Source: Paragordius varius
Taxonomy: Eukaryota > Animalia > Nematomorpha
DNA: 64,000 nt
NCBI GenBank assembly: GCA_964247055.1
Contig: OZ176052.1
Location: forward strand, 9,672,001-9,736,000
Direction of reading: 5' to 3'
The position numbers and the translations under genes were made by a program. Below the pieces are notes generated by a model, which was given only the letters and a program-made list of their open reading frames with translations, searched no databases and was not told the origin of the DNA. Below are positions 12,801 through 26,100 of the stretch, piece by piece (positions within the stretch are counted from its first letter, which is position 1; each line of letters opens with the position of its first letter).

Positions 12801-15800
12801 CACAAAAGACAGCTGGAAGAATCACACATAGATGCCAGATTTAAGGACGAATATAACCATGCCCTTTTAGAGCTACATGAAAAATTTAATCGACTTGCTT
12901 CGTCAGGTAATTTATTTAAATAGCTTTTCTAAAATTATTTCAGAATATAAGTTTGATATTTATTAACACTTAAAACAAATTTATTCACACATATGAAATT
13001 TTTGATGTAAAAAGCTGGTTTTAAATTAAAGCGAAACACTACAAACCATAAGTATTAATACTACAATTCAAAGATATAATGAATTCGATAAAAATTTGTA
13101 CTCTGTTTTTTCGGACTTCAGTATGGCTTTGACACAGTCAACCACGACAGTCTCTGGAAGATTTTATAATCTTCCTGAGTTTCCTCCTGCATAATAATTT
13201 TATTGCAATCGTTGTTTCTAAGAAAACAATTGCGATCAAAACACAATACGGTCACACCAACTGTTTCCCCATCCTCAAAGGTGTGCTTTGTCCCCCTCCT
13301 ATTCAACTTATGCACAGAAACTTTAATTTGCAATTGTGTATTTCCTCAACATATTGGAGCGCGCATCGGTGTTCATACTGTATGCAACCATCGATACGCT
13401 GATGATACGGTTCTCTTGACTGAATCTCATCAGGATATGATTTACCTCTTAAATGGAATTACAGTCGAGGCAAGTTTGATGAGTCTGAAGCTTAACTCAT
13501 CTAAATCTAAACTAATTAACCGCAATGCCCCTCAGATACCAATATCACTCAATGCCTCCACTATCGACTTAACCGATCACTGCAAGTATTTAGGTTGAAT
13601 AATTTAATCTAACTGCAGTGCAGATCTAGACATACAAACACGGCTTGCATTAGGGCGCGCTACCATGGGTAAGTTCAGAATTACATGCTCATAAGATTTT
13701 CCACCAAATTAGCCATCCTAAAAGTGATGGTTTACCCCGTCGCTATTTACGGGTCTGAATCATGGGTGTGGAAATCCACCGACAAACCCCACATCAACTC
13801 ATTTCAAATGTGGTGCTTCCGGGAAATTTTGGGTATTTCCTGGAAAGCCGACATCTCCAATTCATATATACTAAACTTCCTCAAACCAGAATTTTTACTT
13901 TACGATCTGGTGATTTTCAAGCAAGTAATATCAAGGCCACATTTTTGATCCGATCCCTGGGAAAAAACATTCTCCTTGGGTTGGTCGATGGAACTCTCAA
14001 AAGAGCCTTTACCCCCCCCAAAAAAATGGTTATCGATGCCATTAAATAGGTTACAAACTTTACACCCTCTCAAATAATTCGAAAGTTTCAAGATCGACTG
14101 GAATGGAAAACTTATGGGAAAGCTAAGAAGAGCTGCTATGCGATTAGCTTCTAAACAACAACAAAAAATATATTACCCTCCTAAATAAATTTTAAGATAC
14201 ATTATTTTTTGTAATGAAATTATTTTAGAAAATTATTGAGTTATATAAAAACCTCCATGCATTTACTGTATATAATCTTGGACGAAAATAAATTAAGCTT
14301 TAGTAATCAACACTTTTATAAATACGATAGTTTACCCATTGTTTCAAAAAACATGCTTTAGAAGGGTGTGCCATTGTTTAAAAATAGTAAAATTAATCTA
14401 AAAAAATATTTTTTGCCCATATTTGTTTAGGTAAATTCTCACCACCGCCAAACAGTGACATTTCGGAAGAGAATAATCCCACATACCCGGCAAAAGATTA
14501 TGAAGATTTCGATAATTCTCCAAAGAATCATAATGTATCATCGACTCATAATAACGTTTATAAAAAGCATGGAACCTCATCAAATCTCTCCAATTCTACC
14601 AACACCATGAATAACAGCACGAATGGAAAAGAGGGTTCTACTGCGGGAAATATCATTAAGCGGTAAAATTTTTTGCAATTTTTACTTGGATTTCTATGTA
14701 ACTTTGTCATTGAATACTATTATAATTAGGAAATGATATATCCGTAAAGAATTAGTAAAAATATGAAAAACATAAATTAAAGTTTCTACCAAACGAAATT
14801 TATTTAAGCATATCATTGTTATCTTTACGCTTTATATATTTGGTAAATTTATCTCTAAAAATTATTGTGTAATACATTTCTCATAGAAAACAAAGTTGGG
14901 CCGAATATGCCGCCAAGGAGGAACGGGATTTGGAAAGGAAACTCACACTGAAAAGGGACAAAGAAAAAGATGCATTATCGCGCAAATTGCTTGAATTCGA
15001 AAGGGCCGAAGCAGCGCGTTTGATTGAAAAGTAATATTTATTCATTTTTTAAATAACTATTCTACAAAACAGGTGGTTAGTAATTCCTTTTTTAATAAAT
15101 TTAATCACTAAAATGGTTTTAATTTTGTAGCTCTGATTAATTCTCATTTTAGGAGTCTAATACTTTCTGGACAGATTTATAACCAAGAAAAGGTTTTTGT
15201 CGTTTTAAATTTTTTAGTGGTCTGATGTCGATTTTTGTAAGAAATTCATTTTTTCTTACAAGCTTTCTTCCTCAAAATTTTATACTGCATAAATTTTATT
15301 TCCATATATTTTACTTAAATCCATTTTATCTACAGGCACGCACAAGAGATGTTAAAATTCACTACGCTAAAACGTAAAAAAGTTACGGAAGGAAAACGTA
15401 GAGCTGAATCCTGTTTCGAAAATAATGGACAAATAATACCTCCTTTTCCTGATCCACGAAAAACGTTTGAAATAAATACTACTAATGATTTAAATATTTC
15501 AGATTCTTCAACGTTTGATAAAAGAGGCATGCATACTACTAGCAATAATAATAAAATTGATCATTCAAATAATATGCCAAACAATAAACAATCTCAGGTC
15601 GTAAATTCAAACAAATATGGCGAGCATCAGGTATGTTTTTATTGATTATTCGTTCAATTTTTGAAATTAGTTTACTTCTGAAACAAAAAATTTATCTTAT
15701 ATACCAATAAATAACGTTTAAATGATCCCTGCAAAATCGATAATTCATCACAAAAATGGTTATGGATGTGACCTTGAATTTAGTTATTATTTCTGTCCAT

Positions 15801-18800
15801 TAACACGCATAAATATTGACACTACTTTTTGAAATTGCCTTAAAAATTTAAATTTTAATTTCATATTGTATTTTCCATATAATAGATACATAATAATACC
15901 CAACCAACAAACAGCGCTAAAACCATTAATGTTGCCAATGACGTTAGTTTAAAAACTAACAACACCACGCCTATAAACACAAATTCTACACTGAATAGTA
16001 GTAATGCAAATAATTTAATGGATGTCCCATCACCCAGGCCCCCAAAATGTCCAAAACATCAGGTATACAGTGATCCAACCATCTTTGAACAAATTGACCA
16101 AAGGGCTATAAATGTCGCCCTAACCAACCAAAATTCCTTCACCGATTTGGTTCGACAACTAACGAAACATTGTAATACGGATGTACAGAAAGCAAGGTAA
16201 AATCCAAAAAATAGAATTAATATTTTTTATATTAAAGAAAAGAAGTTGTTATTATGTCTTGAGTTATGATTATTTATTTTTACAATAATACATGCCTTAA
16301 ATATTATTGGGACTGTTTTTTTTTTATTCGAACGATTTGTACTTACTTTAATATTGTATTATAGAGTAATTCTATCTTTCGTCATAACGCTTTGAAAAAA
16401 TTGTATTTTTATATCTATTTTCTTATTTTTTTGCATACATTAGGGCATTGTTTCGCTGGATAACTATTAAAAATTTGAATCGCATAAATTTTGATGAAAC
16501 TGATATTGGGAATGATACACCTATGGGTCTGCTAAGGGGCATTAAACTCGGAACTGAAAGTTACCATATGCTATTTAAACGGCTTTGTAGGTATGTAAAT
16601 ATATATATATATTATATCTCCAGGTCATTTTATATATAATTATCTCTTTTTTTAAAAAAGTTTTAAAAGCTTTTTTTTGATAATACTCAAGTATGTTTGC
16701 ACTTATTTATATAGATTAATATTGTAATTTTATTGTTGAGAAATTTTATGGGTTTATAAATGGTATCTAAAAATTTCAAAGCATCATGATATCTATTGCA
16801 ATAGATAAAATAAAATTAATAATAATATTTTTATAGATTTTACTAATAAATTTTTACTGCAACATTTTTTGCAGTTATGCCGGACTCTATTGCATTGTTA
16901 TACGAGGTTATTCAAAGAGTGCAGGATATTTACCTGGTATGAAATTCGAGGATGATTTATCTCATGATGGAAATGACAACTCGAATCCTACCAATCCAAA
17001 TATTAACAGTAAAAGGTAATAGATAGTTTTAAAGTTTATTTTGTTTTTGTGATATAAAAAAGAAATTTATATTTGTGATTATGGTACAAAAAGTTATGAA
17101 TTTTATTCTACGATTATGGTAAATTTTTGAAAATATCAACTTTATAAATATTTATTCCAGTTAGCTTTTATTGTGCTACGCTCTACGTGGATATTTTTGT
17201 ATAGATGGCAATGAATGTATAAAAAAGATAACATAAAAATTGTTTTTGATAAAAACATTTATATATTGCCTTTATATCTTTCAAAACAACCATTTTTAGT
17301 TTTTTGTTGTTTTTTTTCAAATTATGACATCAATATTAATCATTTTCTTTATAAGGGTTATAATTTTAAAATCCAATGATTAGTATTAAAGTTAAATGCA
17401 TTCTTGAGTATTTAAAACCGTTATGTAATAAATTTACACGATAATTATGCATTTTAGGATCCACTAATGATGATATTTATTGAAAGCCGACAAAACTTTT
17501 TTCAAAGATTTTTTTTAAAATTTAATAATAATGTAATAAGTTTTAATTTTTAAGCAAACAAATATGCTTCTTATTATTTATAAAATATCCTAATTTAATA
17601 TGTTTGCAGAGCCAATATATAACACTAGACAACAATCTGGCTTTTTTAATTGTCATTTTTGTCAATTTATTTATATCAAAGAACATAAATAGTATATCTG
17701 AAAAAAAATTGGTCTAAAACCTAAGAAATTTTTTTATTAGGGTTTATCGATAATTTATGGCCACGATTCAACATACTCGAAATTTTCTAAATTCAAAGTT
17801 TTAGATATAAAGCCATGTATTTTATACCATACGAAACAGCGTAAAAAACTGAATCTTTCAAATGGTAGTTGATCAATTTGATGTTAAGTTATTTGGCTTA
17901 TATAATCAAAATTTTTAACCTTTAAAAAGTCAAAAATTCTCACATACAAACTAATTTAAAAATCATATATAATTATTATTTTAATATAATTATGGGGGAA
18001 TGATAATTATTAATTTTTACCATTCACTCCTTCAATTTTTACACTCATTAGCCTATTGTTTAATACTGGGATGATCAACAAGCTTTCTATACGCCAAAGT
18101 CCTCTAAAAAATGTCAAAAAAATAAAAAATTGCATTTTAATCAATAATTTACGATTTAAAAGATATATCTCCCAAAATTAACCTTAAAATAAATAAAAAA
18201 ACAAAAATTATCAAAGCACCCTGCGATATATAATATAATTATCATTGTTCATTATGTAAATGATAGATTTCGTAATACATGGAATGCCGCATATCTCGAT
18301 GGTTCCTGGCGCTTTATCCAATGTAATTGGGGTGCCAGGCATCTCGTAAATAATTCCACTGCAACTTCCCAATCATCCTTACCTGCTGGTTTTAATTCAA
18401 AAAATCTTACCAATTATAACCATGTAAATGGAGATGATCAAACCAATAATCGAATGGTAAATTATATTATTTTAGTTTTATTTATTATTTGGTGTAATTA
18501 ACGAATGATAATTGTTCAAGATTTAATTAACTTACAGGCGCATTTGGTACAAATGCTGTTTTATTTTTATTGTTATTCAAAATTGGTGCTATACCGTTTT
18601 GTTATTACCCACATTTATATCTAAAAAATATGAAAGAAATATTATATTGTTAAGTCATAAAACGATGTCATAACGGCTAAACTTACTAATTTTAAATAAT
18701 TTTACAATTAAGATAAATAAGAAATTTATAAATATATTTATAATATTGTTCAGATTTCCCCTTCAACGAACACTGCCTTACCCTGTGCCATTCGAGATAA

Positions 18801-21391
18801 CGATAGCGATAATACATCCGCATCTGCTAACAATAGTACAAACAATAATCTCCGATATGAATATGATGACCATTATTTCTTAACTGATCCTGAGGAATTT
18901 ATTTACGAATTTTTCCCCAAACAAAATGAATGGCAATTACTTGATCAACCAATAACTTTACAAGTTTTTAATCATATATTATTTATGGTCGTTTATTTAC
19001 AATTATGTAATTTTTGGGAATAAATTAAAATTTTCTCCGGTGTTTTTATCAATTTTAAAATTTAATATTACAGTTTTATATTTATGATAAAAAACCACCT
19101 AATTACCCAAAAACACATATTTTTAGCAATTCGAAAATTTACCATTTGTTCGGAGTCTTTTCTTCAAGTATGGACTAGCTTTCGTCGATTCAGCCAATAA
19201 TCCCACCATTATAACACCTGCGTACAAGGGGAAAGCTAGTAAGATCCATAAATTTTTAAGTTAAAACGCTTTGAAAAATTAAAATACTTTATATTTTATT
19301 TTAGGTGCTATACTAGTTACTGATAACACAGGCGCTGCTAATTTAAGCATTCGTATGCCAACAAAATATGTTTCAACCCTAGTGTTTCATTACAATCTTC
19401 GATTTTATGCATGTGCAACTTCCAATGGTATTATTAAATTTCATATTTAAATTTTGCCGGTTTTAATAAAATTTAGATCTTTTTAACCGGGTGTTTCGCA
19501 GAAAATTGGCATTTTTTAACGGTTTTGTATTAATTTAGATATTTTTTCATTTTTATATGGTATAAAGTTTAATCAAATTTATTATGTTATTTTAGATGGT
19601 ACATCGTCCACGGGTCCATTACCAAATGCCGATACTATCGATGGAATTAATATGAGGAGATATGTCATGCAAACATTGATAGGCAATTGCGTGGTTTTTA
19701 AAGTATGCCATTTTTTAGTTATCTAGCTAGCACTTTTATTTTCTATTAAAACAATTTTTTAAGGAACATTTATTAATGTTGCCTTCAATTAGTTCAAAGC
19801 ATTATTTTATATATATTATCAGATAATTGTGTTGTCCTGACATATTGTTTTTGCATAGAATGTGTTTTTACACAATTTTGGTGTACCATTTATATGGAAA
19901 GATATATATCTATAGTTATAGAAATTGTAAAATTTTTTATTTAATCGTTAGATTCATTGTCCGTGTAAAGGTGAATTCTTGTTGGATGTTTTTGCTAACC
20001 AGGTTGATAGTAGCGATTATGCTTCAGGTCGAGCCATGAGGTTCAAAAGCGTTTGCAAAGCAAAAATTCTTTGTCGCATTTTGGATAAAATTATGATCCC
20101 TCTGCCAGACTGTGCAAGTGGTGAATGGGGACCCGTAAAAGTAAAACTTTATTTTGTTTCTTTTATATACATATAGGAAGTTTTATCAGATGAAAATGTG
20201 TTAATTAACAAAAATTGCTAAATTCCAAGATCTAAGATTTATTTTTACTATCAATTATTTATTATTTATAGGGATATTACATAACTCGTGAATTCTGGAA
20301 TATTAAATATTAACATTTTATAATTTTAATAAACAATGATTGTTTGAAAATTTTAAAATAATCACTTATATTCTTTAATTCGCCCTGCTTAAGTTTTATA
20401 CCACCATATAAGATCTAATTAACAAACGATTGGGTATTACGCTTGCAAATTTATGCTTTTAACTCTTGAATATATTCATAAATGTAAAATAATTATATAT
20501 TTTACTTTATTACTTAGGCATACAAACTTTTTTCAATGGTTCCCCTCTCTCATGAAGATGCCGTTATAAATACCCAGGAATCAACTTTTACGATTCGTTT
20601 TAAATTCGCTTCACAAGTGCGAAGAAAATTGGTGGATTTTGCCGCCGCTTTACATAAAAATGAATATGACCATCAAACAATATGTGAAAAGGGTAAATAT
20701 TAATTGTATATATGCAAAATGTTCTGAATTCAATATAGGTCAAATATTTAATCAGAATCTACATAAATACAAAAAAATGCATGCCCTACAGAGCCTTTTT
20801 AACTAACCTTTTTTAATTTTAAAGGAAGCCATAAATTAATCATTGCATGTTTCACATATCTTGTATTCCATTAATTTAATTTATATTATTTACTTTTCCC
20901 GGCCCTTTAGACGAAAAGACTAATGATGGTACCGCTGCAAATAATTTATCGAAATGTGTTGTACCAAAATGGATTTATACTTCAACAACAAAATCTTTAA
21001 ATAATCATGACAAGAATGGGGCATCTAACATTATGGGTAGGTTAAATGGTTCCTCTTCCACCGATTTAAATAATGGTATCGAAGGGATTTCATTTGAAAT
21101 AACTTTGCCTGAGGAAGGCCAATACGGATTAGATATTTATGCGAGAGAAGAAAGTAATTTTTATTTTTGTAATTTATAGAATGTGGATTTATTATGTCGA
21201 ATAATTGCAATAGTTTGCATCCATTTTATAAGTTTATTATTTATTGATTTTTCCATTTTTTTATTTTATTTAATTTCTTTTTTCCCTTATTAGATAATTC
21301 CAAGATCGCTACTTCCCCAGTCTTAGGTTACAAGGATAAACAGTTGTTAACGCATGCTTGCAAATATTTAATTAATTATCGTTTGTTATAA
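7337..21391 (+). CDS. Hil: Hillarin (LIM domain, coiled coil, catalytically inactive transglutaminase-like/KY domain), about 1240 aa
   Basis: 18 exons, all phases close: 7337-7519, 7542-8186, 12729-12906, 14431-14662, 14887-15030, 15336-15630, 15886-16196, 16444-16590, 16875-17015, 18267-18456, 18754-18963, 19127-19238, 19305-19427, 19596-19702, 19952-20140, 20518-20692, 20911-21153, 21294-21391. LIM CSRC...HHQCFKCRVC...DKEVYCNNHVPK; then ARALFRWIT, TPMGLLRGIKLGTESYHMLFKRLC, YAGL..RGYSKSAGYLPG, FRNTWNA...WRFIQCNWGARHLVN, YEYDDHYFLTDPEEFIYEFFP, CASGEWGP, THACKYLIN. The transglutaminase C/H/D triad is replaced, as is typical of Hillarin. Confidence 0.93.
9781..9818. repeat. (AT)n microsatellite
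   Basis: Directly visible AT run in Hillarin intron 2. Confidence 0.95.
12473..12496 (+). CDS. Candidate alternative first coding exon of Hillarin (MVIHSRMN)
   Basis: ATG at 12473 gives 8 codons and then a consensus gtgagt donor. Phase 0 matches the 12729 exon. Confidence 0.4.
13081..14168 (+). mobile_element. 5'-truncated, decayed RTE-clade LINE (reverse transcriptase) in Hillarin intron 3
   Basis: DFSMAFDTVNHDSLW, PLLFNLCTE, RYADDTVLL, CKYLG, VYPVAIYGSESW, INSFQMWCFREILGISWK, ILLGLVDG, with stops and frameshifts. Ends in a caacaacaaaaaa tail. Confidence 0.9.
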
Positions 21392-23149
21392 ACAGTGTTA
21401 GATGATATAATCGCGAATATATATTCCCCATATAATACATTTTATAAGTTATAAAAATTCTCAAACAATTATGATGGCATTTTATTTAGGAGTGTGAAAA
21501 TTTACATATGCATTTTATGTATACCAAACTAATATATGCTGCATTTTTTATATTATTTGAACTTTTTTATCCATATATGACAAAGACATATAATTGTACC
21601 AGTGTTTGTAAAAAAAAATTAATTTTTCACATGCATCGTAATTTAATTTTTTAACTAATAGTAACATATTTATTCTACTATAAAAAATTTGTAATAAATT
21701 ATTTTGATCCCAACGGTGTAGAGAAGCTAACATGTGGCAAGTTTTCGAATTGATTTATTGAATACAAAACCAATGATTGTTATAAATATGGTTTTGCTTT
21801 TAAAATAAATTAATGATAATTTTTGGATTGAAGCATTTAGCTTTCACCAAAAAAGGTTCATTTAGCATATTCTGCGCCAATTTTGCGATATGGAGCAAAT
21901 ACCACAAAAGTGCAAATAACCTTTAATACTTGTAAGCCCCAAAACCAAAAGTATCATGAGAATAATGATATATTTTTCCATCAATATATATATATATATT
22001 TTATAAGGATATTTTTTGTGTGCGCACACTTTATATTTAACGGCGATGCGTACAATTACAATGGGTCCAGAGAGTTTAGCCAAAAATAGTAATAAATTTT
22101 TAAGTAATTTGATTATTATTTATTTATTATGCTTTTATAATTGTTTTTCATTTTTTCCATTCATATATGTAGTTTTTATACAGCGACGTCGTATGCCGAC
22201 CTGTAAAAGCATAAAATGCGTATAAATATACGTGGATGAAGTGATATAATACAGAACATTGTCTAATATTACAAATGACAATAAAATCAATTAATTAATT
22301 TTTTGCATGTCTCCTCCCATTCACACTCTAAAAGGGGACAATCCGCCCATCTCTTCCTTCCTGCAAGAATCAAAGCATTTGTCCCAGTATAATAGAGTGT
22401 AGGCGCACAAAAGGATAATATTCCTATGACAAAAATTAATTAAATGGTAAGATAAATGATAAGGGAATACTGTAATAATATAATATGGATTAAGAGGACA
22501 AAATCGCGATATTTAAATTCTTAAACGATAATACATATTATTTAAATTATTTTGTCCTTAAATTTTTAGGAAAGGTCATGACGGATTAGTAGCTTTATTG
22601 TTGGACGTTTTTCTTTTTTCCGATGATGATTAATCCGCTTTCCCTTAATATAATTGACTTAATTGTACAATATGATGGTTCTTTAATCAGAAATTAGGAA
22701 TTTGCGATCGAGATTATGCCAAATCATCTTTTTATAATAATCGATGATAAACAAATATTCTTCTCCACAATTTTAAATTGGTCTTATCGCTTCATATCTT
22801 TTTGAAATTTACTTAATTACGGTAATATGTAGATTTGCTTATAATATCCTGTATATTTTATGATAAGGTAAGTAAATAGAAAAGACACATCGCAAATAGC
22901 TAGAAAAAAAGAAACGTTTCTTTTTAATTGTGATTTGAGGTAAAAGAGTTAATGTATTACTGTCACCCAATTTATATGATAGGGTAAAATTAAAATATAT
23001 ACACGGACAAATTATAAAATAAATATAATCATTTTCAAGCATTACTCCCATCATAAAAACTTTAAATCGATAATTTAAATTATGATACATTTAAATGTTT
23101 AATGAAATAAATTAAATCATTTTATTATGTGTTAAAAACTAATTAGAGT

Positions 23150-26100
23150 CGAGACTTACAGGTGGTAGGATTTGCATTCACTTTCTCTTTGTTTGGATAA
23201 CACGTTTCATCCTTTTCCATATTTATTGGGGAACTGTTTTGAGAAGGCAGAACTACAATATCAAATATTATAAGAAGGGCATAATTAAATATGTTACTGG
23301 GCTCGCATTTAAAAAAGACCACATATATAAAACCCCAAAATTCTTATAAAATTCATATATTATCTTTAGTAAAAATCTAGGATACATTAATTTGAAAGGG
23401 TTGAATTAATTTTTGTTACACGATTGTGGCCTAATTTTTATAGCATTTATATAAAGTTTCGGAACAATTGTAAAAAAGCAAATGGACACTTACTTTCATT
23501 ATCAAATCCAAATTCAATTTTATTTTCATGCAAAATGAAATAGTCATTCAATAATAATACATTTTAAACTTACATTTCAATAAATTTGTTAATTTAAAAA
23601 ATATACTTAAAGGTGATAACGTAAAAGTCCAGGCTCCTTCATCATTTAGCGAAATGGAATTTTTGCTTGAGACATTCATTTCATTGGGTTCGGAAAGGCT
23701 TAAAAAAATTTCTTCTTTGTTTTCTAATGATTCTTCTAAATTTTTATATATTGTTATTCTTTTGGTTAAAATTAAAAGTTATCAATGCGCAAATACCGGA
23801 AATATAATGCATGGTAATCTATCAATGACACAGTTATATTAATTAATTTGCCTAAATTTAAAATGATGATTTGCGATTTTAGCAATATCTTTTGATCTTT
23901 ATTTAGGTCTTTCCAGTGGGATCTTATTGGTAATAATCCAGGAAGCTCATAATGTTGAATTTTTGATAAATTGGATTTTTATACAAACATTTCTATTTGA
24001 TTTTGATTAATGATTATATTTCTAAAGAATTCTATTTACTTCAAAAAACCCCAAAAAATAAGCGCTGTCTGAAGATTTATGGCCTGATTGGCAAGAAAAA
24101 ATAGCGTAAAAAGAAACTATTGTTTTTCAAAGATGAAAACTTCAAAATATTTCATTCTTAGACAATCGGTGCTCATTTTTCACGATTATACCAATTTCTT
24201 TAAGTACATATGGATAGAAATGAATCTCTAAATCCAACAAGCGACACGCAATATTTCAATTATATTCCAACACCGAAATTCCAAGTGATAGAAAAGGAAT
24301 ACTCGTGTTTACTCACAACAAATAGCTCAAATCCATGAATCGCTTGATGAAAAATAGCATTTGCTAAACCCATATAAAACCATTGATTGCCATACAATTA
24401 TGAATATTATAATCTATGGTCGCCCCGGTACTTATGGTTTAAAATGGAATATCAGAGAAAGATACAAAAGTGGAGTTATTACAAATTATTGAAGTTAATA
24501 GTGAGCTATTTAACCTTGACCTGTAAAATTCAACTAAACACAACACTATTCACCATAATGTAGAAAGGGATTTCCGACCAACATTTTAGGAAACAAAGCT
24601 ATTGAATTTGGAAAAAAACACTAAATAGAGCATCTGTAATATACCTTAATTTTAAAACCTACTAATTTCACCTTGCAAATTCTCTCAAAATCACTAATTA
24701 ATATAGAATCAACCAAAAATATTAAATATTGTCAATATTATTGAAATCCACAGAAAGATTCGAACGGAATTTATCAATATGATGGCTTACTTGAAGGCAA
24801 TATCGGAGGACTCCAATTTTGGGTTTGTGCATCTTTGTTTGCCTCTGTTCTTTTTGCCGCATTGAGAAAACCGTATTTAAAAAGGTTAGGATAGCGTTGT
24901 TCCATTTCCTGTAAGGTTGGGCATTTTATCAAATCTTGTTTGCAATTATTGCCTTTTTATCATCATGATACACAGAGTTAAATACAAAATTAATTGTGGG
25001 CATAAACATATAAAGACAAATATTTTTTTTCAAAAGATACTTATATTTTTTAAACCTTAATTTTTCCTATTACAAATGTGAATGAATAATTTATTGTGTT
25101 GACAATACGAATCTATTTTATACTTTGCATTATAATTTTTACGTTTTTTCCGTATATAATTTTAATTTTTATTGTAAAACAAATTGACAATATTTTTGAA
25201 AATACGTTAAATTTACAACAATACATTTTTAATTTCTTCGTAAATTTTAAATATAATTTATAAATTGCAACTACGCAAGCAATTTACTTTGCGAGAAACT
25301 TGAGTCTCCCTTGTCTTTGTTTTCACATATATCGTTTTTTATATCTAATTTTGGAGAGACTGTTCCAGGACGAGGGGAATAATCTGATATAAAAATTTAA
25401 ATAATAATTATGGGAAAAAATGTTACATAAATTGAAATAATTAAAATAGAAATACACCTAAAAGGGATAACATAAAATTCCAATCCCCTGAATTGGTTTC
25501 TTCATTGATTGATACCGAGCTTTGGGTTGAGACTTTGAGAGTCTTTATTTCAGGGAGATAAGTTTCCAAGTTATGGCGTAAATCTTCACTTTCAATCGTT
25601 TCATCTAAAAAATTTATTTCAAATATTATAATCGTATAAGCCATATTTAATTATATATGTATAATTTTACCTTTTTTGGTAGATTTGTTCTTTTTGAGCA
25701 AAAAGAATGGAAAAATGCAGCACCACAATTTTTTGACATCTAAAGAGAGCAAATAATTATTTGCGGTGAAATGTTTTGATAAAATAATTATTCAATGCTA
25801 AATTGAGAACCACCCTTCTACCCCGGATAGACTTTTTAATCGAACGAAAATTTTTTTATAAATAATGTTTTAATAAAAACAAATTTGATAATATACCATT
25901 TTTCATGCAAAAACATCATTTTTTCAACCAAATGCAACATTTTTTCAACCAAACTCAACATTTTTTCAAGCAAACGCAACATTTTTTCAAGCAAAGACAA
26001 CATTTTTTCAAGCAAACGCAACATTTTTTCAAGCAAAGACAACAATTTTTCAAGCAAACGCAACATTTTTTCAAGCAAACGCAACATTTTTTCAACCAAA

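Noticed and set aside
16444-18456. Loss of the transglutaminase catalytic triad in Hillarin
   Set aside because: Real, but an established property of the Hillarin family, so not novel.
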